44,459 bases of DNA. It comes from a virus (Duplodnaviria > Caudoviricetes). Both the position numbers and the translations under genes were made by a program. Where the stretch lies: positions 1-44,459 of the IMG/VR virus record IMGVR_UViG_3300022895_000014; one strand, given 5' to 3'. This document shows, piece by piece, positions 27,548-38,443 of the stretch (positions within the stretch are counted from its first letter, which is position 1; the number at the start of each line of letters is the position of its first letter). The notes under the pieces are model-generated. The model had not been told where the DNA came from. It worked only from the letters and a program-made list of their open reading frames with translations, and did not search any database.

Positions 27548-27889
27548 ATGAAAGGTATTATATTGCCAGTTTTACTAGCCTGCTCTCTTACAGCCTGCAA
27601 GCCTACTGATAAAGAATTTATCAAATTAGGCGAAGATGTTGTTAGGCACAGCCTGAAAGATCCAGACAGCGCCAAATTTGAATCAAGCTACAAGCCATCT
27701 GGTGAAAATGATGGACACCTATGCGGAAAGGTCAACGCTAAAAACTCTTATGGCGGATATACGGGTTATAAAAACTACTACGTATACATTAATACCAAAG
27801 ATGGTGAGTTAATTAATCACGGCCCGGTCAAGATAGCAGATAACGAGGACGAAAAAGCACTAGCGAACTTCCAAACGATCTGCCAGTAA
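27548..27889 (+). CDS. Lipoprotein moron
   Basis: Lipobox LTAC; LKDPDSAKF, CGKVNAKNSYGGYTG; AGGAGG RBS and own terminator at 27909-27929. Confidence 0.8.
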   Translation: MKGIILPVLLACSLTACKPTDKEFIKLGEDVVRHSLKDPDSAKFESSYKPSGENDGHLCGKVNAKNSYGGYTGYKNYYVYINTKDGELINHGPVKIADNEDEKALANFQTICQ

Positions 27890-27941
27890 ATATCAGCTAA
27901 ATAAACTAACCCGCTACGGCGGGTTTTTTCATGGGTGAAAT

Positions 27942-30900
27942 ATGGCAACGCTGCGCGAACTCATTATCAAAATCTCTGCGAATTCCAGTTCTTTCCAGTC
28001 CGAGATTGCGCGTGCATCAAGAATGGGTGCTGATTATTACCGTACGATGGAACAGGGTGGGCGTCGTGCCGCTGTGGCCGCGCGCGAAAGTCAGCGTGCA
28101 ATTCAGGAGCTGAACGAGCAACTGGTTTCCACGAAAGAGACCGCGCTGGAGATGACGGGCGTCTTTGCCGGTGCGTTTGCAGCAGGTCATCTTATTGAGC
28201 TTGCCGATAACTGGAACGCGGTAAACGCGCGACTCAAGCAGGCTTCGCAGTCTACCAGTGAGTTTGCCACCGTGCAGAAATCGCTGATGGATATCAGCCA
28301 GCGCACCGGCACCGCTTTTGACGACAACGCCAATCTCTTCTCGCGTTCTGCTGCGTCGATGCGTGAATTTGGCTACAGCGCACAGGAAGTGCTGAAGGTA
28401 ACAGAGGCGGTGTCTACCGGCCTGAAACTTTCCGGGGCGAGCGCAGAGGAAAGCAGCTCCGTTATCACGCAGTTCAGCCAGGCGCTTGCACAGGGCGTGT
28501 TGCGCGGCGAAGAATTCAACGCCGTGAACGAATCCGGCGATCGTGTTATTCGTGCCCTTGCTGCCGGTATGGGCGTCGCGCGAAAAGACCTGAAGGCAAT
28601 GGCCGATCAGGGTCAGCTTACCATTGATAAAGTTGTTCCTGCGCTGACCAGCCAGCTTGATAAGCTGCGCGGCGAGTTCTCATCCCTGCCTGAATCGGTC
28701 TCAGGCTCAGTCACTAAAGTGCAGAACGCCTTCCAGCAGTGGGTAGGTGAGGCAAATACCACCTCCGGAGTCACGGCGTCGCTTTCTGGCGTGCTGGAAG
28801 GTGTGGCGAAAAATATCGATTCGGTGGCTACGGTTGCCGGTGCACTGGTTGCTGTGGGGGCCGCTAAATTCTTTGGCGGTATGGCATCGGGTGCAATCTC
28901 TGCGTCAGCCGGCATCGTAACGGCATATAAGAGCGAAGTAGCTCTAACGCAGGCTCAAATCCGGGGCACACAAATTTCAACTGCAAGAGCGCGGGCGGCT
29001 GTTTATCGTGCACAGCAGGCTGTTGTAGCAGCGAGAGGAACCGCGACACAAGAAGCGGCTGAGCGCCGTCTGGCCGCAACGCAGGCAGTGCTTACGCGTA
29101 ATGTGAACGCGCGAGCCGCCGCACAGGAACGACTGAACAACATTACATCTGTGGGATCGCGGCTCACCAGCGGCGTGCTGGGTCTGGTAGGCGGCATTCC
29201 CGGTCTGCTGATGCTGGGTGCCGGTGCCTGGTACACGATGTATCAGCGGCAGGAGCAGGCGCGGGAATCAGCGCGCGCGTATATCGAAACGCTGGATGAT
29301 GTCAGAAAAGCCGCGCCGGGCATGAGCCTGCCGGAAGTTTCCGACACGCAGACCAAAACCCGAACGTCGATGACCGAGCAGAACCGGCTGATCGACGATC
29401 AGGCCGCGAAGGTTGATAAGCTCAAAACGCAGATTCAGGGCTATCAGCAGATAATGGCAAGTCCGGGGCCCTCCGTTGGTGGTTTCCTCATCAACTATCT
29501 GACGAGCGTTGAGGAAGTATCGACTGGCATGCAGCAGGCTACTTCTGAGCTGGCAGTGGAGCAGGCGCGACTTAACCAGATGCAGGAGAAGTCACAGGAA
29601 GTCCAGTCTGTGCTGGAGGTGCTTGAAACACGCCGCGTGGATTTAATCAGACAGCAGGCCGCTCAGCAAAATACGGCTTATCAGTCGCTGCTGATGATGA
29701 ACGGCCAGCACACGGAATTTAACCGCCTGCTTTCGCTCGGCAACGAATTGCTTGCCACCCGAACCAATCTGGCAAACGCGCCTTTCCGTATTCCTTCGGC
29801 TCAGCTCACGTCGAAACAGGCTGATTTGCTGCAGAAGTCCGGGCGTGAAAATGAACTGGCTGGTCTTTCAGGGGCCGATCGCGTCAGGCGTCAGGCGGAA
29901 TATTCCGCTGATGATGCAGGGCTGACCAATACGCCTGAATATACCGAGTCGCGGCAGAAATTCATCAGCAACACCGTACAGGCCTGGCAGAAACAGGAAG
30001 ACCTGAACAAGTCGCTGCGTGAAGGTAAAAAGGCCGTCAGCGAGCAGGGGAAGGAGGAGCGGGCAGCAGCCCAGCAGTCAGAAAACTATGCGCGTAAAAT
30101 GGCCGACCTCAGCGTTGCCATTGAAGTGCAGAAGGTTCGCGCCACCGAGGGTGAAAAAGCCTCTGAACTCTACGCGGCGTCGCATCAGACCGGCGCTAAG
30201 TGGACGGAAGAGCAACGCAAAGCTATCCGGGATAATTCGGCAGAGCTTGCCACCTGGACGCAGCGCGCTGAAGAGAACGTGCGCAAGCAGCGTGAACAAA
30301 CCGAAGCGCTCAAGGATTTGACCGATGCCGCCCGTAAATACCGTGATGACGCCGCGCAGACTACCGACACCGCAGGCATGAGCGATCGCCAGCGGAGCCG
30401 GTACGACGATCAGCAGCAGGTAGAACGGGTGTTCGATAAAACGGATAAAGGTTCGGCGGCTATTGCAGCCCGTCAGCAGGCCCTTGATGCGCTCGACAAG
30501 AAATATCAGGCGATCGCCGCTTCAGAGTCCAACTGGCTTAACGGCGTTTCAAAAGGCTATGAAAACTGGCTTGAAAGCGCCAGCAACGTTTCGGGCGCGG
30601 TATCCTCCGGCGTGACCTCAACGCTTGATAGCGCAATGGACAATATGTCCGCCATGCTGGTCGGCAGCAAAGCGGACTGGAAAAGCTGGGGCGTTTCAGT
30701 GCTTCAGACGATTGCAAAAGTCGCGCTGCAGATGGCGCTGGTTAACACGGTGAGCGGAATTTTCGGTTCACTTGCCGGAAGCCTTGGCGGTGCCGCGGTA
30801 GGAGCAGCAAGTTCTGGCGCTTCGACATCCGGCAGCGTCGGCGCGATGGGCATGCCGACGAGCTATACCGCTTATGCTGATGGCGGCTACACCGGCAGCG

Positions 30901-31268
30901 GCGGCAAACACGATCCGGCGGGCGTCGTTCACAAGGGGGAGTTTGTTTTCACCAAAGAAGCGACCGAGCGCATCGGCGTTGCGAATCTTTACGACATGAT
31001 GCGCGGTTATGCAAACGGCGGTTATGTTGGCGAGATGCCGGGAAGTCGCCAGTTTTCATCTGGTGTGAATCGGGCTACAGGCAACGGGAACACAGTTATT
31101 CAGGTGGATGCGCCGGTAACCATCATGCAGGGTGACGGTCAGGCTCAGGCTGGGGCTACCGGCACAGCCGGTGTTGCAACGCAGATGAAAGGAATTATCC
31201 AGCAGACCATCACTGATCGCCTGAAAAAAGAGATGTCAGCAGGTGGACTTCTCTACAGGAAAGGATAA
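27942..31268 (+). CDS. Tape measure protein
   Basis: 1108 aa, Ala-rich helical, LRGEEFNAV, GVVHKGEFV. Confidence 0.95.
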   Translation: MATLRELIIKISANSSSFQSEIARASRMGADYYRTMEQGGRRAAVAARESQRAIQELNEQLVSTKETALEMTGVFAGAFAAGHLIELADNWNAVNARLKQASQSTSEFATVQKSLMDISQRTGTAFDDNANLFSRSAASMREFGYSAQEVLKVTEAVSTGLKLSGASAEESSSVITQFSQALAQGVLRGEEFNAVNESGDRVIRALAAGMGVARKDLKAMADQGQLTIDKVVPALTSQLDKLRGEFSSLPESVSGSVTKVQNAFQQWVGEANTTSGVTASLSGVLEGVAKNIDSVATVAGALVAVGAAKFFGGMASGAISASAGIVTAYKSEVALTQAQIRGTQISTARARAAVYRAQQAVVAARGTATQEAAERRLAATQAVLTRNVNARAAAQERLNNITSVGSRLTSGVLGLVGGIPGLLMLGAGAWYTMYQRQEQARESARAYIETLDDVRKAAPGMSLPEVSDTQTKTRTSMTEQNRLIDDQAAKVDKLKTQIQGYQQIMASPGPSVGGFLINYLTSVEEVSTGMQQATSELAVEQARLNQMQEKSQEVQSVLEVLETRRVDLIRQQAAQQNTAYQSLLMMNGQHTEFNRLLSLGNELLATRTNLANAPFRIPSAQLTSKQADLLQKSGRENELAGLSGADRVRRQAEYSADDAGLTNTPEYTESRQKFISNTVQAWQKQEDLNKSLREGKKAVSEQGKEERAAAQQSENYARKMADLSVAIEVQKVRATEGEKASELYAASHQTGAKWTEEQRKAIRDNSAELATWTQRAEENVRKQREQTEALKDLTDAARKYRDDAAQTTDTAGMSDRQRSRYDDQQQVERVFDKTDKGSAAIAARQQALDALDKKYQAIAASESNWLNGVSKGYENWLESASNVSGAVSSGVTSTLDSAMDNMSAMLVGSKADWKSWGVSVLQTIAKVALQMALVNTVSGIFGSLAGSLGGAAVGAASSGASTSGSVGAMGMPTSYTAYADGGYTGSGGKHDPAGVVHKGEFVFTKEATERIGVANLYDMMRGYANGGYVGEMPGSRQFSSGVNRATGNGNTVIQVDAPVTIMQGDGQAQAGATGTAGVATQMKGIIQQTITDRLKKEMSAGGLLYRKG

Positions 31269-31274
31269 CGCCAT

Positions 31275-31616
31275 ATGGCAATTGATACGTTTATCTGGTG
31301 CGTCAGGATCGGGGCCAGCGAGCAAATCACCAAGTCTGTTTATCAGGCAAAGTTCGGTGATGGTTATGAGCAAATCGCTGAGAACGGGATTAATAACGAC
31401 GCGCAATCATGGTCATTATCCTGTAACGGTAAGCTTGAAGACATGTCGCAGGTTAGGGCATTTCTCAAACAGCACGTTACAAAGTCGTTCTGGTGGACGA
31501 ATCCGTGGGGTGAAAAAAATCTCTACCGCGTCAAGTTCGATTCAATTAATCCCACCTTTCCGAAGAAAGGATTCTGCGACATAGCTTTCACCTTCGAGCA
31601 GGCTTTCGGGCCGTAG
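31275..31616 (+). CDS. Minor tail protein M-like
   Basis: FGDGYEQ, F.WTNP. Confidence 0.88.
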   Translation: MAIDTFIWCVRIGASEQITKSVYQAKFGDGYEQIAENGINNDAQSWSLSCNGKLEDMSQVRAFLKQHVTKSFWWTNPWGEKNLYRVKFDSINPTFPKKGFCDIAFTFEQAFGP

Positions 31617-31665
31617 CCATAAACCTTAACAGGGCACTTTGGTGCCCTTTTTTTATGGGCGAAAT

Positions 31666-32403
31666 ATGAGCTTCACTCAGGACATACAGCAGCTTGAGCC
31701 GGGCCAACTGGTTCAGCTCATCGAGATAGACGGCACGGCGTTCGGGATGGAAAACATCCTGCGATTTCACGCGCACAATATTGCACCTGATGGCTGGGCT
31801 GCATTTGCTGCGGAAAACCTCCCCGCCATCATCTGGCAGGGCAACCAGTACGATCCCTATCCCTACGAGCTGAAAGGCATGGAGCTGTCGAGCACCGGCT
31901 CGCAGCCCACGCCAACGCTTTCTGTTGGCAACATCGGGAACTACGTCACGGCGCTGTGCCTCCAGTTCGATGATTTGGTAAAAGCGAAGGTGAAGATTCA
32001 CACCACGCTCGCTAAATATCTGGATGCGGCGAACTGGACCGCTGGCAATCCCAGCGCGAGCCCCAGCGATGAGCGCTTGCAGCTTTTCTATGTGAATGCC
32101 AAAAGTCAGGAAACGCGCGCGCAGGTTGATTTTGAGCTGTGCTCACCGTTCGACGTTCAGAGCCTGCAACTTCCATCCCGGCAAATCACGCCGGTCTGCA
32201 CCTGGTGCATGCGCGGCTGGTACCGAACCGGCACCGGCTGCGATTACGCCGGTAATAAATATTTCCTCAAAGACGGCACGCCAACCGACAACCCCGGACT
32301 TGATGTCTGCGGCGGTAAGCTGAGTGACTGCCGTCTTCGCTTTGGCGCAGAGAATGCGCTTTCCTTTGGCGGGTTTCCGGCGGCAAACCTGCAGGGCAAA
32401 TAA
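31666..32403 (+). CDS. Minor tail protein L
   Basis: C-terminal Cys cluster, FGGFP. Confidence 0.9.
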   Translation: MSFTQDIQQLEPGQLVQLIEIDGTAFGMENILRFHAHNIAPDGWAAFAAENLPAIIWQGNQYDPYPYELKGMELSSTGSQPTPTLSVGNIGNYVTALCLQFDDLVKAKVKIHTTLAKYLDAANWTAGNPSASPSDERLQLFYVNAKSQETRAQVDFELCSPFDVQSLQLPSRQITPVCTWCMRGWYRTGTGCDYAGNKYFLKDGTPTDNPGLDVCGGKLSDCRLRFGAENALSFGGFPAANLQGK

Positions 32404-32405
32404 TC

Positions 32406-33125
32406 ATGCGTAAAAAAATCATGAATGCCATACGTGAGCACGTAGAGGCGGAATATCCGCGCGAGGCCTGCGGGGTCGTCGTGCAGATTGGTCGTGCTCA
32501 GGAGTATATCCGCTGCCGCAACATTTCAGATACGCCAGCCGAAAGCTTCACGATGGCAGACGACGACCTGCAGGCGGCAGAAGCACAGGGTGACGTGCTG
32601 ATGATTATTCACTCTCACCCGGATGTTGTGCAGCTCATCCCCTCTGAAATGGACCGCATCCAGTGCGATCACTCCGGCGTTGAGTGGGGGATCATGTCGT
32701 GGCCGGAGGGTGACTTCTGCACCATTTCGCCGCGAGGTGAAAGAGAGCTGGCGGGCCGGCAGTGGGTGCTTGGGCATGCTGACTGCTGGACGGTCGTGAT
32801 GGATTACTTTCAGCAGACGCATGGCATCACGCTTGGGAACTGGTCGGTCGATTACGAGTGGTGGATTGATGGCAAAGAAAGCCGTTATGACGATAACTGG
32901 CAGGGTGAAGGGTTTACCGAAGTTGATCCGGTATCCATGAAGCCTGGCGACGTCATCATGATGCGCGTACAGGCTCCTGTGACAAACCACGCTGCGGTTT
33001 ATCTGGGTGACAACATTATGCTGCACCACGGCTTTGGCAATCTCTCCGCGCGCGTTCCCTACGGCAAATATTACCGCGATCGCACCGTGCGTATCGTGCG
33101 GCATAAGGACTTATTAGATGCTTAA
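32406..33125 (+). CDS. Tail assembly protein K (JAB + NlpC/P60)
   Basis: EACG, HSHP, DCW, NHAAVY. Confidence 0.92.
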   Translation: MRKKIMNAIREHVEAEYPREACGVVVQIGRAQEYIRCRNISDTPAESFTMADDDLQAAEAQGDVLMIIHSHPDVVQLIPSEMDRIQCDHSGVEWGIMSWPEGDFCTISPRGERELAGRQWVLGHADCWTVVMDYFQQTHGITLGNWSVDYEWWIDGKESRYDDNWQGEGFTEVDPVSMKPGDVIMMRVQAPVTNHAAVYLGDNIMLHHGFGNLSARVPYGKYYRDRTVRIVRHKDLLDA

Positions 33126-33735
33126 GAAAATGACGCTCTCTGGCGGCCTGGCTAAAAAGTTCGGCAAGGTTCACCAGTTCCACGTTGCTGACATGCGGGA
33201 AATGCTCAGGGCAATGTGCGCATCGGTTCCCGGATTCAAAAAGTACGTGTCAAACGCGCATCTCAACGGGGTGCGTTTTGCCTTCTACAGCGGTTGTAAA
33301 AACATCGGGCTGGAAGAGTTTGACATGTCCAATGGTGCGACTGAATACCGGATGAGTCAGGTGATCGAAGGCAGCAAGCAGGCGGGTGTGCTGCAAATCG
33401 TTATCGGCGCGATCGCGCTGGTGGCCGCATTCTTTACCGCTGGTGGGTCGCTGGCACTCTATGCCGGGGCTATGGCTGCCGGAACGATTACTGCTACAAC
33501 TATTTTAACCGGCATCGGCATCAGCATGATGCTGGGTGGGGTAGTTAGTATGCTGACGCCACAGCCCAGCTATAACATCGGATCGGCATCCAGCACGGAG
33601 AATCAGCCAAACTATGCGTTTGGCGCGCCGGTAAACACCGTCTCAATGGGCTATCCGGTGCCGGTACTTTACGGCCAGCGCGAAATTGGCGGGGCCATCA
33701 TCAGCGCCGGAATCTTCTCCAGCGACCAGCAATAA
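33118..33735 (+). CDS. Tail assembly protein I
   Basis: G.PVPVLYG...IGGAIISAG. Confidence 0.9.
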   Translation: MLKKMTLSGGLAKKFGKVHQFHVADMREMLRAMCASVPGFKKYVSNAHLNGVRFAFYSGCKNIGLEEFDMSNGATEYRMSQVIEGSKQAGVLQIVIGAIALVAAFFTAGGSLALYAGAMAAGTITATTILTGIGISMMLGGVVSMLTPQPSYNIGSASSTENQPNYAFGAPVNTVSMGYPVPVLYGQREIGGAIISAGIFSSDQQ

Positions 33736-33786
33736 GACCTCCTCGCAATTCAGCCACCTCAGGGTGGCTTTTTTTATGGGTGCAAT

Positions 33787-36700
33787 ATGCAACTTCTACA
33801 GGGTGCGCGCGTAATTCAGGGATACAAGGGCGGTGGCGGCGGTAGTGCTCACACGCCAGTAGAGGAGCCGGATGACCTGCTTTCAGTTGCGAAGCTGAAG
33901 ATGCTACTGGCGATCTCCGAGGGTGAGATTCAGGGAGACCTTACTGCGCAGGAAATTTATATCAATGACACGCCTCTCGCCAATAACAGTGGCGGTTACA
34001 ACTTTACTGGTGTGAATTGGGATTTTCGCAATGGCACGCAGGACCAGACATACATTCAGGGTATGCCCGAGGTTGATAACGAATCTTCGGTTGGCGTTGA
34101 GGTTTCTACTACCGCGCCGTGGATTCGCCAGTTCAGCAATCTTTCTCTTGATGCTGTGCGAATCAAACTAAGCCTGCCGCTGCACTACCTGTACAAAGAC
34201 AACGGTGACATGGTCGGAACCGTGACGCAGTACACGATTGACCTTTCGACCGACGGCAGCGCTTACGTAACCGTGGTGAACGGCACATTTGATGGTAAAA
34301 CCACATCAGAATATCAGCGCGATCACCGCATTAATTTGCCCAAAGCAACGACCGGATGGTCAATCCGCGTGCGCAGGATCACCGCCGACTCAACCTCAAC
34401 AAAGCTGATGAACGCCTTCAAGGTGTTTTCATTCGCGGAGGTGATCGACAGCAAATTACGCTACCCGAATACCGCGCTGCTATACGTCGAGCTGGATTCG
34501 AGCCAGTTCAACGGCAGCGCGCCCAAAATCACCTGCAAGCCCAAAGGTAAACTGATCCGCGTTCCAACCACGTATAACCCGATTAGCCGGACCTATAGCG
34601 GAACATGGCAGGGTGATTTCAAACTGGCGTGGACGGATAACCCGGCGTGGATATTTTACGACCTGGTGCTGGATGAGATTTACGGCATGGGAAACCGTGT
34701 CGATGCCACCATGATTGATAAGTGGGAACTGTATGCAATCGCGCAGTATTGCGATCAGAAGGTTTCTGATGGTGCTGGCGGAACTGAGCCGCGCTTTACC
34801 TGTAACGTATTCATTCAGAGCCAGCAGGACGCATACACCGTTCTCAAGGATATTGCGGCGGTGTTCCGCGGCATCACCTTCTGGGGCAATGACCAGATTT
34901 ATGTTAATGCCGATGTCCCGCAGGATGATGTTGATTTTGTTTACCACTGCTCCAATGTCATTGACGGCCTGTTCACCTATGGCGGCGGCTCTTACAAGAA
35001 CCGTTACACCTCCTGTCAGGTAAGCTGGTCTGACCCACAAAACCATTATACCGATTCGGTCGAAGGCGTTTACGAGGCTGACCTCGTTCAGCGCTATGAC
35101 GTCAACGAAAGCAAGATCACCGCTATTGGCTGCACCTCACAGAGCGAGGCGCACCGTCGTGGCCGCTGGGCAATTCTTTCCAACGCAAAAGACGGGACAA
35201 TCTCATTCAACGTTGGTCTGGATGGCTTCATTCCGCTGCCGGCTAAGATTATCGGCGTGGCGGATGCTTTCCGCGCGGGTAAACAGAATGGCGGTCGAAT
35301 CAGCGCGGTTAGCGGTCTCAATATCACCCTGGACCGGGCAATTGATTACGCTGCAGGCGATCGTCTGGTGCTTAACCTTCCTGACGGTATGGCGCAGACA
35401 CGAACAATTGCGTCTGTCAGCGCGGACAAACAAACGGTTCGTGTCAGCACTGCATACAGCCAAACGCCTGTTGCCGGTGCAGTATGGGCAATCGACAGTG
35501 ACAATCTGGCGATTCAGTATTTCCGCGTAACGTCTATTTCCGCCAATGATGACGGCACTTTCACCGTAGGCGGTGTTCAGCACGACCCGAACAAATACCG
35601 TTATATCGATGACGGTGTGAAAATTGATCCTCCGCCAATCACCATCACGCCGCCTGGCGTCATGAATAAGCCAGAAAACGTGGTGATATCTCAGGTTGAT
35701 TACGTCGAACAGGGTCTGAACGTTGCCTGCATGCAGGTGACATGGGACTCGGTGCCAAACGCCATCAGCTACGTCGCGCAGTGGCGCAAGGATAACGGCG
35801 ACTGGGTGAACGTCGGCCAGCAGAGCGCGAAGGGCTTCACCGTTGCTGGAATCTATGCCGGTATTTATGACGTTCGCGTTCGTGCGGTCAATGCTGTGGA
35901 TGTTTCATCACCGTGGGGCTATGCGCAGTCAACAACGCTGTCTGGCAAGGCAGGTAAGCCCGGAACACCTGTCAGCCTGATTGCCTCAAAAGATGTTGTG
36001 TGGGCCATCAACATACAATGGGGCTTTCCGGCTGGTTCTGGTGATTCGGCATATACCGAGATTGAAGTAGCGACTACTGCGGACGGCATGAATCCGCTGT
36101 TCCTCGCTAACGTTCCCTATCCAGGCGTCAGCTATCAGCACGGTCCGATGCCTGCCGGTATACGCCGCTGGTACCGCGCGCGCCTGATAGACAAAATCGG
36201 CAACAAAGGTGACTGGACCGGCTTTGTCGAAGGTGCCAGCAACGTCAATGCGAATGACCTGATCGGAGATTCATTCCAGGATTTCATTGAATCGCCAGAC
36301 GGTCAGGCGCTGCTTGAGCCAATCATCACTGATCCGAAAGCGCTGGCCGAAGACATCCTGGCTAACTATGAGCATGTCGATCAGCAGTGGGCACACTTTG
36401 GCGAAAACTCGGCGGGTATTCTCGAAGCCAAAAACGTTGCAGCAGATGCCGAAAAATCGGTTGCTGATTTACGCACTGACGTTGTTGCTCAGTTTGATCA
36501 GCAGCAGGCAGCGATATCCGAAAGGATGGTTGCCTATACAGATGCCACAGGCGGCTCAGCAATATATACGCTGAAGGCAGGCATCAAATATGGCGGCACG
36601 AATTATGATGCGGGGATGTCCGTTGCAGTCACCATTAATGGCACCAATGTTGTCACACGCTTTGCTGTAAACGCAAACCAGTTTGTGGTGGCGAGCGGCA

Positions 36701-36978
36701 GCGGCAACAACGTGTTTTCTCCATTCATTATCAAAGACGGTCAGGTTCTGATTAATCAGGCATTCATCGGTGAGGGATGGATAACCAATGCCATGATCGG
36801 CAGCTTTATTCAGTCTAATAATTACACGGCGGGTTCGGTCGGTTGGAGATTGGATAAGGAAGGGAATTTCGAAAATAACGGGTCAGACAGTTCTGGCCGC
36901 ATGACCATGACCAATAATCAAATTAGCGTATATGACGCTAGCGGAGTTCTTCGTGTCAGAATGGGGAAATTGAGCTAA
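33787..36978 (+). CDS. Central tail fibre / host specificity protein J
   Basis: SEGEI.G, YPNTAL, WTDNPAW, Fn3 repeats, VLRVRMG end. Confidence 0.94.
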   Translation: MQLLQGARVIQGYKGGGGGSAHTPVEEPDDLLSVAKLKMLLAISEGEIQGDLTAQEIYINDTPLANNSGGYNFTGVNWDFRNGTQDQTYIQGMPEVDNESSVGVEVSTTAPWIRQFSNLSLDAVRIKLSLPLHYLYKDNGDMVGTVTQYTIDLSTDGSAYVTVVNGTFDGKTTSEYQRDHRINLPKATTGWSIRVRRITADSTSTKLMNAFKVFSFAEVIDSKLRYPNTALLYVELDSSQFNGSAPKITCKPKGKLIRVPTTYNPISRTYSGTWQGDFKLAWTDNPAWIFYDLVLDEIYGMGNRVDATMIDKWELYAIAQYCDQKVSDGAGGTEPRFTCNVFIQSQQDAYTVLKDIAAVFRGITFWGNDQIYVNADVPQDDVDFVYHCSNVIDGLFTYGGGSYKNRYTSCQVSWSDPQNHYTDSVEGVYEADLVQRYDVNESKITAIGCTSQSEAHRRGRWAILSNAKDGTISFNVGLDGFIPLPAKIIGVADAFRAGKQNGGRISAVSGLNITLDRAIDYAAGDRLVLNLPDGMAQTRTIASVSADKQTVRVSTAYSQTPVAGAVWAIDSDNLAIQYFRVTSISANDDGTFTVGGVQHDPNKYRYIDDGVKIDPPPITITPPGVMNKPENVVISQVDYVEQGLNVACMQVTWDSVPNAISYVAQWRKDNGDWVNVGQQSAKGFTVAGIYAGIYDVRVRAVNAVDVSSPWGYAQSTTLSGKAGKPGTPVSLIASKDVVWAINIQWGFPAGSGDSAYTEIEVATTADGMNPLFLANVPYPGVSYQHGPMPAGIRRWYRARLIDKIGNKGDWTGFVEGASNVNANDLIGDSFQDFIESPDGQALLEPIITDPKALAEDILANYEHVDQQWAHFGENSAGILEAKNVAADAEKSVADLRTDVVAQFDQQQAAISERMVAYTDATGGSAIYTLKAGIKYGGTNYDAGMSVAVTINGTNVVTRFAVNANQFVVASGSGNNVFSPFIIKDGQVLINQAFIGEGWITNAMIGSFIQSNNYTAGSVGWRLDKEGNFENNGSDSSGRMTMTNNQISVYDASGVLRVRMGKLS

Positions 36979-37286
36979 TGGCATACGGTTTTGGAACGTG
37001 GGATGCGAACGGAGTCGATAATAATACCGGGCTGGTACGAATTAATGCGCTAGGTACGTTGTCGATAGACGCATCGAGTAATTACAACCAAGCATTCGCC
37101 TTGCCTATGGGTTATATTCTTGATTATTTGTTTCAGCCAACTGGAGAGCCAAGTAGCACTGCGGCAAGAAAATCAATAAATGTTAGCGGCTCATCCATTG
37201 TTGTTTCACAAGTTTCGGGAAGTAACTATTCGAATGGGACATTCCCTAATGTTCCGGGGTTCATTTTGGCTTTCGCGAGGCTCTAA
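36978..37286 (+). CDS. Tail-tip accessory protein
   Basis: MAYG..TWDANG; TAATG coupling to J. Confidence 0.7.
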   Translation: MAYGFGTWDANGVDNNTGLVRINALGTLSIDASSNYNQAFALPMGYILDYLFQPTGEPSSTAARKSINVSGSSIVVSQVSGSNYSNGTFPNVPGFILAFARL

Positions 37287-37969
37287 TGGCATTCGGGCCT
37301 TTATTAACTGACCAGAACGGCGTGGCATTTTATATTGCGGATACAATGCCTCTAACCTTGCTTGAAAAAAGAGTACTGAACGTGCCATCTGCATCAGGTG
37401 AGGGCAGCGCACAAGAGCTCTTTGCTAACGACGGAGCCATGCGTTTTGTTTTCGTTAACAGTACTGGAGCACAAGGAGGCGGAACTGAAACATGTGAATT
37501 CCTGTTACTGAATGGCAGCACTAACAGATGGCAACTCAACTGTAGGGGAGCGGCGCGTACCGTTAACGTCTTCATATTCGGCTACCAATTTCAGCCAATC
37601 CCTGCCTGGGGAATACAGATAAATGATTCTCAAGGCAGGTGCATTTTAACAAATGAATCAAAGGTATTGCGAGATGTGCAAAACATTGGTGACTCTGGAA
37701 ATGCCAACAACTCAGGCTACGTTATCAACCAAACTCTCTCAGGCCAATGGGCCGTAGCACCTACTATGACTGGCTATTTTGCTGGGGTAAATAATTCTTC
37801 TGGACAGCCCATCCCGGTAGTTGCAAGGTTTTGCTCGTCTGCCAGATTTAATGGAAGTACTACACAGATTGCTAGCGGGTATCTCGGCAACATTGATGGC
37901 AATGCTTCTAACGCCACTTATACCAACTATCGAAATCGAATAACAGCCATAAATGTGGCTAGATATTAG
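37286..37969 (+). CDS. Tail-tip accessory / receptor-binding candidate
   Basis: WGIQINDSQG; lies between J and cor as in phi80/N15/T1-type tails. Confidence 0.65.
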   Translation: MAFGPLLTDQNGVAFYIADTMPLTLLEKRVLNVPSASGEGSAQELFANDGAMRFVFVNSTGAQGGGTETCEFLLLNGSTNRWQLNCRGAARTVNVFIFGYQFQPIPAWGIQINDSQGRCILTNESKVLRDVQNIGDSGNANNSGYVINQTLSGQWAVAPTMTGYFAGVNNSSGQPIPVVARFCSSARFNGSTTQIASGYLGNIDGNASNATYTNYRNRITAINVARY

Positions 37970-38058
37970 TTTAATTGATCGTATTGATCTCCTAATGGAT
38001 TTGATACAGTCGCATAGCCTGTAATATAAAATTTAAAAATCAAATTAGGGATGAAGAA

Positions 38059-38286
38059 ATGAAAAAAATTATTGTTATTGCCTTGGGTATGCTAGCGGCA
38101 GGTTGTCAGTCCTTACCTCCGGAGCAGTGCACTGCTAATGCAAGGATTGGCGGGCAGGATACGACAGTTTTAATTTACGGCGTGAGAAAGCAAGCTAATC
38201 AGACTCAGTATTATGCAGGCAATCCTTTTGGCTGGAAGTGGGTAAGCTCCAATAACTTCACGAGCTCAACTTGTAGCAAATCTTAA
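38059..38286 (+). CDS. cor: Cor superinfection-exclusion lipoprotein
   Basis: Lipobox AAGC, C.A...IGG, IYGVRK.ANQTQY.AG.PF.W.WV, terminal TC. Confidence 0.85.
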   Translation: MKKIIVIALGMLAAGCQSLPPEQCTANARIGGQDTTVLIYGVRKQANQTQYYAGNPFGWKWVSSNNFTSSTCSKS

Positions 38287-38325
38287 TAGGTTTACGATTT
38301 CAGATTTATAAGCTAAATTCCAACT

Positions 38326-38443
38326 GCTGCTGTGAATCCCCCTATGCGGTGGGGCGACAGTCTATTTCTCTCGAAAGATTGAATACAAACGAGACGCGGA
38401 CCGACGACTGTAAGGTTCACCGGGAGGCACCCGGTACAGCAGC
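38326..38443 (+). ncRNA. Candidate structured sRNA with CCGGGAGGCACCCGG motif (copy 2)
   Basis: Closing stem GCTGCTGTG/TACAGCAGC, inner stems, promoter-like TTTACG-17-TAAATT just upstream, terminator at 38457-38480. Confidence 0.6.
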
